A stretch of DNA of 64,000 nucleotides, taken from positions 151,724 to 215,723 of the forward strand of contig CAWDOJ010000003.1 of the NCBI GenBank assembly GCA_963803825.1, read 5' to 3'. This DNA comes from an uncultured Verrucomicrobiae bacterium (GTDB lineage: Bacteria; Verrucomicrobiota; Verrucomicrobiia; Chthoniobacterales; JAATET01). The translations under genes were made by a program, and so were the position numbers. The notes beneath the pieces are model-generated. The model did not search any database and had not been told where the DNA came from. It was given only the letters and a program-made list of their open reading frames with translations. This document shows, piece after piece, positions 23,311 to 31,599 of this stretch. Each line of letters starts with the position of its first letter. The first letter of the stretch is position 1.

Positions 23311-24384
23311 ATGGAACGATCATCGAGAGCGACCGGGGTGCAGATCGCGTTGGCGGTCATTGCGGTGATGCTTGTGCTGTGGTCGGCGAGTAAAATTGTG
23401 ACCATCATCTTGATCACCGTGTTGGCGGTGGTGCTCGCGTGTGGCCTGCATCCGGTGATGTCCGCCATCCAACGAAAAGGAGAAGCGCTGCTGGGTTGGC
23501 GGTGTCCGCGTTGGGCCGTGGCACTTTCCCTCGTGCTATCGATTACCCTGGCGATCGTCGGTCTCGTCTTGTTTCTCGGGGCCAGGTTGTGGACTGAAGG
23601 CGCGGAAGCGGCGGAGTCGCTCCCGCAGTATGCGGACACCCTCGACGCTCGTTTGGAGCAACTGCACCGCACGTTTCCGCAGATCCCGGCAAATCCGGAC
23701 ATCGCGTCGATGGCTCAGGATCAACTCGGGAACGTCGGGAGCTACCTGTGGGAGAGGTCGAAAGCGTTGCTGGGAGTCCTTGGAGTCGTGGGGGCAGGAG
23801 TGACCGTATTGGTCCTCACTTTTTACCTTCTCATCAGCGGCGAGAAGCTATTCGGCACCGCATTGTTACTGGTCGTTCCACGGCACCGGCAGCGAGTCGC
23901 GAAGGCTTCGGCCGAGGCCTCGGAGGTGATGGGGTATTGGCTACGAGGGCAAGCGATCCTCGTAACGGCGATGACGGTGACCATCGCCCTTGCGATGATG
24001 GCGCTGGGTCTCCCCCATCCGCTGCTGCTGGGTTTGATTGGCGGCGTGGGTGAGTTAATCCCGATGGTGGGTCCATTTCTGGCGGCCTGGATCGCGGTGC
24101 CGCTTGCGTTCCTGACCATGCCGTGGTGGGTGGGCGTCTGCACTGCGGTGTTTTTTGTGGTGCTCGCGCTAGTCGAAGGGAATTTCGTAGTTCCGAAGGT
24201 GATGCAGAAGAACGTGTCGCTGCCGCCTGCCGTGACGATCGTCGTCGTGTTGGCCGGAGCCAGTTTGTTCGGAGTGATTGGCGCGCTGCTCGCGGTGCCG
24301 ATCACCGCCGCGACGCGGGTCTATTTGAAGTGGTTTGTCATCCCGGCGATCGAAGGAGAGCGGCCACCGGCCGGGCAAGCGTGA
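23311..24384 (+). CDS. AI-2E family (PerM/UPF0118) transporter
   Basis: ORF 23272..24384 is polytopic, with LIGGVGELIPMVGPFLAAWIAVPLAF typical of the family. The start is 23272 or the ATG at 23311. Confidence 0.85.
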   Translation: MERSSRATGVQIALAVIAVMLVLWSASKIVTIILITVLAVVLACGLHPVMSAIQRKGEALLGWRCPRWAVALSLVLSITLAIVGLVLFLGARLWTEGAEAAESLPQYADTLDARLEQLHRTFPQIPANPDIASMAQDQLGNVGSYLWERSKALLGVLGVVGAGVTVLVLTFYLLISGEKLFGTALLLVVPRHRQRVAKASAEASEVMGYWLRGQAILVTAMTVTIALAMMALGLPHPLLLGLIGGVGELIPMVGPFLAAWIAVPLAFLTMPWWVGVCTAVFFVVLALVEGNFVVPKVMQKNVSLPPAVTIVVVLAGASLFGVIGALLAVPITAATRVYLKWFVIPAIEGERPPAGQA

Positions 24385-24405
24385 ACGCAACGGAACTCGC
24401 AGCAC

Positions 24406-24483
24406 GGAAATGGGGTCAGAAATGGGGTCAGGTGTCAAAAAACCAGACCGCGTCGGCAAATATTCAAGTTTTGATATCTGACC
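24406..24483. repeat. Composite palindromic repeat, copy B (right array degenerate)
   Basis: GGAAATGGGGTCA GAAATGGGGTCA precedes the core GGTGTCAAAAAACCAGACCGCGTCGGCAAATATTCAAGTTTTGATATC, followed by TGACC. Confidence 0.8.
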
Positions 24484-24746
24484 AGATTACCGGGTCTTCG
24501 GAAGATGGTCGGGTTCGCGTCCTGCAGATGGTCTGGAAGCGTGACGATGTTTCCAGCGTCGGCGCCAACGACGAAGATGACGTCCAAATGGCGCGGCGGG
24601 CCGCCTTTTTCTCCGTTGGAGCCGACGGTCAGCCGGATCGGAAGGCAAGGCCGGCGATCTCGCCGGGAACGTTGGGGACTCAGGCGCTGATACCTGAAGA
24701 CCTTCAATTCGAGATCGGGGTGGCGAAGGGAGTCTCGTGAGGGCGT

Positions 24747-26138
24747 CTAGTAGTCGCCGGTCTTCCGCGCGTCCTCTGGCTCGCCGCTGAGGACTTTTCG
24801 GAGGAGCGCGAGGCGCGCCCGGTTCAATAGGCCGCTGGCCGTCGGGTCGCCCGCCCGGTTGGTTAGCTGCTGGGGATCGGTCGTGAGGTCGAAGAGTTCT
24901 TCCGACTCATCGAGGTGGTGAACGTAGAGGAAGTCGGTCGTCCGGATTGCCTTGTAGCCGTCACCGGGACCGTTTTTCAATTGGATCAGCGCTCCGGAAT
25001 CGAGGGTGCGAAAGCGGGGACTGCCCTCGATGACCGGGCGGAGCGTCGAACCTTGGAGCCAAGAGGGGCGGGGCACCTCGGCGAAATCGAGAAGGGTGGG
25101 GACAATGTCGACGGCTTCTGCGATCTCGCCGGAAAGGGTCGCGGGCCTGCCGCCAGCGGCACCGGCGAAGATGAGCGGGACGCGCGCGGACGCGTCTTCC
25201 GCTCCGCCCTTCTGAATGCGACCATGATCGCCGAGGTATTCCCCGTGGTCGGAGGTGAAGACGACGAGGGTGTCGGCGGCTACACCCGTGGAATCGAGGG
25301 TGTCGAGGATGCGTCCGATCTGGTCATCGACGTGGGCGACGAGCGCGTAGTAGTGCGCCTTGACCTTGCGCCATTGCGCGTCGGAGACGTCTCGGAAGTT
25401 CTGACCCTCGCTTCGGTTGGGTAGGGTCAAGGCGTCTTCATCGATCAGCTCGACGAAGCGCCGGGGTGGATTGATCGGGGTATGGGGAGCGTAAAACCCG
25501 GCGATGCAAAAGAAGGGTTCGCGGAAGCGAGATTCGGTCAGAAATTGGCAGGTGCGGTCGGCGACAAAAGCGCTGTGGGTGAGTTGCTCGTCGGCTTCGA
25601 ACACGTAGGGGCCGTGGACCTCCCGGGGGCGGCCGGTGATCGCAGGTCCGCGCCAGGCGGGAGGGCTAGCGATCCGGCAACCATCGACGGCGGAGGGATC
25701 GCGCTGGCGGACCCACTCGATGTAGGCGTCCTCGTAACAACCCGGTTCGTCGGAGTTGACGTTCACGTCGAAACCGTAGGCGGGATAGGGGTCGCGGTGG
25801 TCGCGGCCTACGCTGGCGTGGTTACGGAAGTGCAATTTGCCAAAGTTCGCAGTTAGGTAGCCGACTCGTCCGAGGAGGTGTTGGACGCATTCGACCGAGT
25901 CGGGCAGCTCGGTGCCGTTGCTCTGAATCCCAAGCGTCGACGGGTAACGTCCGCTCAACATGCTCATTCGGCTCGGCATGCAGACGGGGCAATTCACGAA
26001 CGCCCGGGTGAAGCTGGTGCCGCTCGCGACGAGGCGGTCGAGGTTGGGAGTGGGACAATTCGGGTTGCCGAGGGCGCCGATCGTGTCCCAGCGTTGCTGG
26101 TCGGTGTAGAGGAGGAGCGTGTTTTTGCGTTTGCGCAC
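24747..26138 (-). CDS. Formylglycine-dependent sulfatase (arylsulfatase A family)
   Basis: Intact 463-aa ORF. It has NILLLYTDQQR-type N-terminus, the CMPSRMSMLSG (C-x-P-x-R) motif, GKLHF and FTSDHGE. Confidence 0.9.
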   Translation of the reverse strand: MRKRKNTLLLYTDQQRWDTIGALGNPNCPTPNLDRLVASGTSFTRAFVNCPVCMPSRMSMLSGRYPSTLGIQSNGTELPDSVECVQHLLGRVGYLTANFGKLHFRNHASVGRDHRDPYPAYGFDVNVNSDEPGCYEDAYIEWVRQRDPSAVDGCRIASPPAWRGPAITGRPREVHGPYVFEADEQLTHSAFVADRTCQFLTESRFREPFFCIAGFYAPHTPINPPRRFVELIDEDALTLPNRSEGQNFRDVSDAQWRKVKAHYYALVAHVDDQIGRILDTLDSTGVAADTLVVFTSDHGEYLGDHGRIQKGGAEDASARVPLIFAGAAGGRPATLSGEIAEAVDIVPTLLDFAEVPRPSWLQGSTLRPVIEGSPRFRTLDSGALIQLKNGPGDGYKAIRTTDFLYVHHLDESEELFDLTTDPQQLTNRAGDPTASGLLNRARLALLRKVLSGEPEDARKTGDY

Positions 26139-26259
26139 GCAGCATTCTACCGATCTCGGGTGCGGTTGAGAATCGTCGGTTTGCGCACGGGAATCGAAAA
26201 GATGCCCGGTGTCAACGCGGCTGGTGGTAGCGGGCCGGGAGCGTGGGGGGTGCCGTTGC

Positions 26260-26441
26260 GGAAATGGGGTCAGGAAGTGGGGTCAGAAGTTGGGTCAGGT
26301 GTCAAAAACCAAACCGCTTCGGCAGATATTCAAGTTTTGACGCCTGACCCCATTCCCGCTTCGGCAGATATTCAAGTTTTGACGCCTGACCCCATTCCTG
26401 ACCCTGACCCCATTCCTGACCCCATTCCTGACCCCATTCCC
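26260..26441. repeat. Composite palindromic repeat, copy C (archetype, with internal 42-bp duplication)
   Basis: Three left units (GGAAATGGGGTCA, GGAAGTGGGGTCA, GAAGTTGGGTCA) precede the core GGTGTCAAAAACCAAACCGCTTCGGCAGATATTCAAGTTTTGACGCC. About five right units TGACCCCATTCC follow. Confidence 0.9.
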
Positions 26442-26545
26442 TGCTTCCCACCGGCAGCGCCGTCCTCGACTTCAGCGCCCAAGCCCTAGCGCTCGTCGAC
26501 GGCGCAGCGCTCGCCTTCGGTCCCGACGCGACGGCGCCACATGGC

Positions 26546-28509
26546 GTGGCCGTGATGGCAGTGCCTCTCGCCGACCTGAACGCCCCCGATCCATCGGAGG
26601 CGCTGAATCCTAATGGGCTCGCGTTCACCCCCGACGAAGCTTTCGTCGACAAGGATGGGCTCGTGTATCTCGTCAGCGGGGTTAGCCAAAATATCTTCCG
26701 CTGGGACCCGGCGGCGCGGGGTTTCCTGAGTTCGATCCCGCTCGTGGCGGTTCCTGATTTCGTCGCCTACTCGGCGGCGAATCACTCGATCTACACCGGG
26801 ACGGCAAATGGTTCGATCCGGATGATCGATCTCAGAGTGCCGACGGTGGCAGCCGAAGCCCCGTTTGCCACGGTAGCGTCCCGGTTGCGCGGACTGGCGA
26901 CGGCGGGGACCTTCGTTTTCGCCGACGACAGCACCGGACCGTGGGGCTGCCCACCATATCTTTGACAACACTGGCATCCTGCGCTCTTCCAAAGACTGGA
27001 ATTACCACTCCGCCGAGTTCGCCTGGAGCGACGTGAATCAGAAGATGTATTTTTTCCGCGATTCGTCGCCCACCGACTTGCTTCTGGGAGGAGATCAACG
27101 CGAACGGCACCGCCTACCCAAACCTGCTCCGCGGCACGATCGGCGTCAGCAAAGATTCCCCGCTCCACACTAGCGAGGGGTTCAAACTTCCGATCCGGCT
27201 CTCGCCCGACGGATCGAAGGTGCTGCTCGGATCCGGCATTTTCCACGACGCCATTTCCCTTGCCCGCCTGCCGGGAGCGCTCAGCTATGCCTTCACGGAT
27301 GCCGCCTGGACGGGTTCGGATGTGCTGACCCTCCGCGAGACCTCCGGGTCGACGCAGCTCCAAAAATGGATTGCCCCCAGCTACTCGCAGGGAGCCATCG
27401 CTACGAACGACGGTCTGCCCTACCGAATTCTGCCAGTGGGTGAAGAGAAATTCGTAGGGATTTTTCTGCCCGCGATCGGTATTCCGGAATTTCAGATCTA
27501 CGATTCCAATCTGAGAATCGTGGCTCCGTCCGCTCTCGAAGCACCAGCTCTCGTGATCTCGTCGATCCTGGACACTCGCGAAGTTCAGCTCACTTGGACC
27601 GGCGTGACCGGCGCGGCTTATTACGACATCGAGCGCTCAAATGCCGCCACGCCAGAGGCTTGGGAGAACTTCAGCACCGCCAAGACAACTTCCTTCAAAT
27701 CCGCACTCGTCAGAGGTCAGGAGTTTTTCTTCCGCGTCCGCGCCCGCAACGGCACGCTGATCTCGGCACCCTCCGCTGCGATTCGCGTTGCGGCCCGAGT
27801 TCCGATGGCACCCGCAGACTCCGTCGCCGTCGTCGTCCCGGACAGCAATTCGTCCTACTACGGCAGCGTGCAGGTCAGTTGGACGGCGTCCGAAGGTGCC
27901 GCCACCTACCGGGTCGAGCAACGCCGACTCCCTTCGAACCAATGGTCGACGGGCGAAGTCGTCACTGCCCCGACCAGCAACTACTCCGCGACTTACCTTT
28001 CCTCGGGTTTCTACGAGTATCGCGTGATCGCGATCAACGCTTTCGGCGAATCGACCGCCAGCGCCGTGGCTTCCGTGACTGTCGGCAATCCGTCGCCAGT
28101 CCCGACACCGACGCCGGCAGCCACGCCGAGTCCCACACCTTCGCCAAGTCCGAGTCCCACGCCGAACGTCCCGGCACCTCCGATTGTGCAACCACTTCCA
28201 GCGCCAACGCCGATCGCGGGTCCCCGCAAAGATCGAGTCCGGCCTGAAATGGATGTCTCCGGGAATCGACGGCGCATCACGGGCAAGCGAAAGTTCATCA
28301 TTGGTGGCACGGCCACGGACAATCGCAAGATCGCCCACATCGAGATCACCCGGGACGGTCGCACCCGCAAGATTCGCACGCAGGGACGCCGATTCTGGTT
28401 TGCCCGCGTGAAACTGCAGGCGGGTCGGAATGTCTTCACAATGTCAGCCTTCGACCGTGCCGGTAACGAATCGAAGAGCCGCCGAGTCGTGGTGATCCGC
28501 CGCGACTGA
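26546..28509 (+). CDS. Large secreted protein: repeat/propeller-like N-region, two FN3 domains, Pro/Thr/Ser linker and an Ig-like C-domain; about 2 frame breaks in the N-region
   Basis: ORF 27220..28509 is intact. It has FN3-like blocks LTWTGVTGAAYYDIER...FFFRVRARN and VSWTASEGAATYRVEQR...YEYRVIAINAFG, then the linker PSPVPTPTPAATPSPTPSPSPSPTP. ORF 26546..26965 and a bridging frame (FDNTGILRSSKDWNYHSAEFAWSDVNQKMYFF...) read as the same protein. No clear start or signal peptide. Confidence 0.7.
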
Positions 28510-28566
28510 ACCGTCCTGGACGACGACGCGGCTTCGCAGATGGTGGCGGTCGCCGAGCAGGTGCCC

Positions 28567-28757
28567 GGAAATGGGGTCAGAAATGGGGTCACGAAATGGG
28601 AAATGGGGCCAGAAGTCAAAATTCAAACCACTTCAGAAATGGGGTCAGGTGTCAGAAATGGAAATGGGGTCAGGAAATGGGGTCAGGTGTCAAAATTCAA
28701 ACCACTTCGGCAGATATTCGAGTTTTGAGGCCTGATCCCATTCCTGACCCCATTCCC
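28567..28757. repeat. Composite palindromic repeat, copy D (half-element plus full element)
   Basis: A left-unit array and half core (AGAAGTCAAAATTCAAACCACTTC) lack a right arm. A second left array then leads into a full core GGTGTCAAAATTCAAACCACTTCGGCAGATATTCGAGTTTTGAGGCC, followed by TGATCCCATTCC and TGACCCCATTCC. Confidence 0.85.
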
Positions 28758-28787
28758 GACGAGGGTGAATGGCAGAGCCGATACTCC

Positions 28788-29153
28788 CTATAATTCTTCG
28801 GTGTATTTTCGGACGGAAAGCGGGCGCAGGATCTCGACGCGTTGGGCTTGGACGGAGTCCTCGCTCCACATCACGAGTCGCACGGAAGTGCCAACCTTGA
28901 GGTCGGTGATCGTGACCGCTTCGCCGTCGAACTTGGTGACGACGGTATCGTCCGGGATCTCAAATTTCCGTATTTCCGCTCCAGGTTCGCTTTGCGTCAC
29001 GATATATTCGTCCTTGTTAGGATCGGCCGCAGTGATGACCCCTTCGAAGAAAGCCTGGTTTTCTGTAATGGCCGGAGGATTTTGCGCCTGAAGCGATCCG
29101 GGGACGACGGGCAGGGCGGCGGTGGCTAGAACGAATAAGAATTTGGCATGCAT
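28788..29153 (-). CDS. Small secreted protein (121 aa)
   Basis: ATG at 29153 with signal peptide MHAKFLFVLATAALPVVPGSLQA, followed by a beta-rich body. The longer tracked ORF (to 29702) overlaps the CAP gene on the opposite strand and is not credible. Confidence 0.7.
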   Translation of the reverse strand: MHAKFLFVLATAALPVVPGSLQAQNPPAITENQAFFEGVITAADPNKDEYIVTQSEPGAEIRKFEIPDDTVVTKFDGEAVTITDLKVGTSVRLVMWSEDSVQAQRVEILRPLSVRKYTEEL

Positions 29154-29240
29154 CCGTTTGGTTCGCACAATAGAGGATTTTCGGTTCCCTCTTCCCGTTC
29201 GCGATCCATCCGTTCGGGGCCACTCCGCCGATCCTAGAGA

Positions 29241-29840
29241 ATGCGTGTTGTGATTTCGCTTTCCATCTTCCTTGCGTTGCTCGACGCAACCGCGTCCCCG
29301 CTTCAGCGTGACAACTTCGAACCTCGGCCGCTCGCTGGCGCAATTTTCGAAGAGACCAATCGCGTCCGGGCGAGACATGATCTTGCCCCACTCGATTGGA
29401 ACGTGGATGCCGCTAAGGCCGCTCAGATGCAAGCCGAGGCCCTCGCCGCGGCCGAAGTTCTCACGCACGGATCGGCTGAGCCGGATGAGATCACCAACCC
29501 ATTTTCTCGACTTACCGAGCAGGGACTCGATCCGACATTCGTTGCCGAGAACGTCGCATACCAATTTTTGTTGCGTTACGAATCCAACGAGCCGTTCTAC
29601 ACGCGGAGCGAGGACGGTCGAACGATTCACACCGACCAGCCCGGCGGCGAACCTATCGAACCCAATTCGCGTGAAAGTTTTGCGAAGGCCATCGTCGAGC
29701 AATGGATGAATTCACCGGGACATCGAGCAAACCTTCTATCGCCGGAGCCATCCGAAATTGGGATCGGCTGCGCGCTGTCCCGCCACGCCAACAGCCTGGA
29801 TACCATCTACGCGGTGCAGAAGTTCCTTCACCTGGAGTAG
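29241..29840 (+). CDS. CAP/SCP (YkwD-like) domain secreted protein
   Basis: Intact ORF with a signal-like N-terminus. It has NRVRARHDLAPLDW...AAQMQAEAL and IVEQWMNSPGHRANLLSPEPSEIGIGCA (CAP signature). Confidence 0.85.
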   Translation: MRVVISLSIFLALLDATASPLQRDNFEPRPLAGAIFEETNRVRARHDLAPLDWNVDAAKAAQMQAEALAAAEVLTHGSAEPDEITNPFSRLTEQGLDPTFVAENVAYQFLLRYESNEPFYTRSEDGRTIHTDQPGGEPIEPNSRESFAKAIVEQWMNSPGHRANLLSPEPSEIGIGCALSRHANSLDTIYAVQKFLHLE

Positions 29841-29894
29841 TTGGCCGTTTGGCCTGCCCCCGGACCGCAATCTGGAAGGCGGCGAGTCGAAATC

Positions 29895-30245
29895 GGAAAT
29901 GGGGTCAGGGAGCGGGGTCAGGGAGCGGGGTCAGTCCATACCAATGACACATGACAAAGGTATGGGAGCGGGGTCAGTCCATACCAATGACACATGACAA
30001 AGGTATGGACCGACCCCGTTCCGACCCCGTTCCGACGTTCCCCGTTCCCCGTTCCATGACGACCCCGTTCCCTGGACCGACCCCGTTCCTGGACCGACCC
30101 CGTTCCGTGACAAAGGTATGGACCGACCCCGTTCCCGACCCCGTTCCGTTCCGACCCCGTTCCTGACAAAGGTATGGACCGACCCCGTTCCTTCCCCCGT
30201 TCCGTTCCGACCCCGTTCCGACCCCATTCCCTGACCCCATTCCCC
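29895..30245. repeat. Composite repeat, copy E (variant core, expanded right array)
   Basis: Left units are GGAAATGGGGTCA and GGGAGCGGGGTCA. The core hairpin is GTCCATACC-AATGACACATGACAAA-GGTATGGAC. About 14 right units GACCCCGTTCC are interspersed with three copies of TGACAAAGGTATGGACCGACCCCGTTCC, and the array ends with two TGACCCCATTCC units. Confidence 0.85.
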
Positions 30246-30357
30246 CTTTCTCGCTACTTTCGAGCGCGAGATCCTGCAGGAGGGCGACGGCGGTTTGATG
30301 AAAGGCAAAGCCGACCTTGGACGCGAGGCTGGCGGTGACTTCGAGGGGCATCTTTAA

Positions 30358-30386
30358 GGAAATTTGAAATTCGAAATTTGAAATGG
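30358..30386. repeat. GAAAT micro-array
   Basis: ggaaatttgaaattcgaaatttgaaatgg contains four GAAAT motifs, in the gap between copy E and the dxr stop. Confidence 0.55.
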
Positions 30387-30480
30387 TTTTCGGCTTTGCC
30401 ATTGGGGGTTGATCGGCGGGAGGTGCGATGGCTCGGTGGGGGGGCGCTGAAGGTGGGAAGTCAGAGGTGTCTCGCTTTGC

Positions 30481-31599
30481 TCAGCGTGACAGATTCTGGA
30501 TGGTGGATTTGGCCTTTTGCCTTGCCCAGCTGTCGGCGGCCATGAGGTCGGGGAGGTCGGGGTTTTTGGTGACCTCGTGGGCGGTCATGGTGACTTCCAC
30601 GGTCTGCCAGATCTTGGGGAAGGGGATTCGGCCCTCCAAGAAGGCGGTGGCGGCGATTTCGTTGGCGGCGTTCAGGACGGCGGGGAGGGTGCCGCCGATT
30701 CGCCCGGCTTCGCGCGCGAGGCGGAGGGCGGGGAAGTCGGTCTCGCGGGGGGCGGAAAACTCGAGGGTGCCGAGGGTGGTCAGGTCGAGGGACTCGAGCG
30801 CGCCCGGGATGCGGTCGGGGTAGGTGAGGGCGTATTGGATGGGGAAGGCCATGTCGGACTGGCTCAACTGGGCGAGCAGAGAGCCGTCGACGAATTCGAC
30901 GAGGGAGTGGACGATGCTTTGCGGGTGGATGACAACGTCGATGCGGTCGATCTCGACGTCGAAGAGCCAGCGGGCCTCGATCATTTCGAGGGCTTTGTTG
31001 AAGAGGGTGGCGGAGTCGAGGGAGATCTTGCGTCCCATGTTCCAGGTGGGGTGACGGAGGGCTTGGGCGGGGGTGACGTGCGGGAGGTCGGCGGTGGGGG
31101 TCTCGCGGAAGGGGCCGCCGGAGCAGGTGAGGATGAGGCGTTTGACGTGGTCGGCGGGGCGACCTTCGAGGCACTGGAAGATGGCGTTGTGCTCGCTGTC
31201 GACGGGGAGGATGCGGACGCCGCAGCGGCGGGCGGCGGCGGTGAGGATGCCGCCAGCGAGAACGAGGATTTCTTTGCTGGCGACGGCGATGTCTTTGCCG
31301 GCCTCGATGGCGGCGAGGGCGGGGGCTAGGCCGGCGGTGCCGACGATGGCGATGAGGACGAGGTCGGCGGCGGGGTGGGTAGCGAGTTCGAGGAGGCGGT
31401 CGGGACCGTCGGGGCCGTCGGTGCGGTGGGCGAGGGCGGCGGGGAAGGCGGCGCGGGCGGCGGCGAAGCCTTCGGCGTTGCTGTGAGCGGAAAGGCCGAC
31501 GATCTGGATGCGGTCGGGGAGGGCGTGGGCGACTCGTTGGGTGGAGCGGCCGATGGAGCCCGTCGCGCCGAGGAGGACGACTTTTCGACCCGTCATCAC
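30481..31599 (-). CDS. dxr: 1-deoxy-D-xylulose 5-phosphate reductoisomerase
   Basis: Intact 372-aa ORF with LLGATGSIG, PVDSEHNAIFQC, HPTWNMGRKISLDSATL and NAANE. Confidence 0.95.
   Translation of the reverse strand: MMTGRKVVLLGATGSIGRSTQRVAHALPDRIQIVGLSAHSNAEGFAAARAAFPAALAHRTDGPDGPDRLLELATHPAADLVLIAIVGTAGLAPALAAIEAGKDIAVASKEILVLAGGILTAAARRCGVRILPVDSEHNAIFQCLEGRPADHVKRLILTCSGGPFRETPTADLPHVTPAQALRHPTWNMGRKISLDSATLFNKALEMIEARWLFDVEIDRIDVVIHPQSIVHSLVEFVDGSLLAQLSQSDMAFPIQYALTYPDRIPGALESLDLTTLGTLEFSAPRETDFPALRLAREAGRIGGTLPAVLNAANEIAATAFLEGRIPFPKIWQTVEVTMTAHEVTKNPDLPDLMAADSWARQKAKSTIQNLSR

Noticed and set aside
24490-24746. Overlapping ORFs on both strands (24123..24740 plus, 24435..24707 minus) between repeat B and the sulfatase stop
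   Set aside because: Both frames have moderately G/C-rich third positions and neither shows a recognisable motif, start context or signal. I cannot decide which, if either, is real.
28788-29702. 304-aa minus-strand ORF
   Set aside because: Only the last 121 codons (from the ATG at 29153, with a signal peptide) are credible. The upstream part overlaps the well-supported CAP-domain gene on the other strand.
23116-30245. Repeat arrays as CRISPR loci
   Set aside because: Units are 11-13 nt and directly abutting with no unique spacers. The arrays are inverted around a hairpin core, and no cas genes are nearby.
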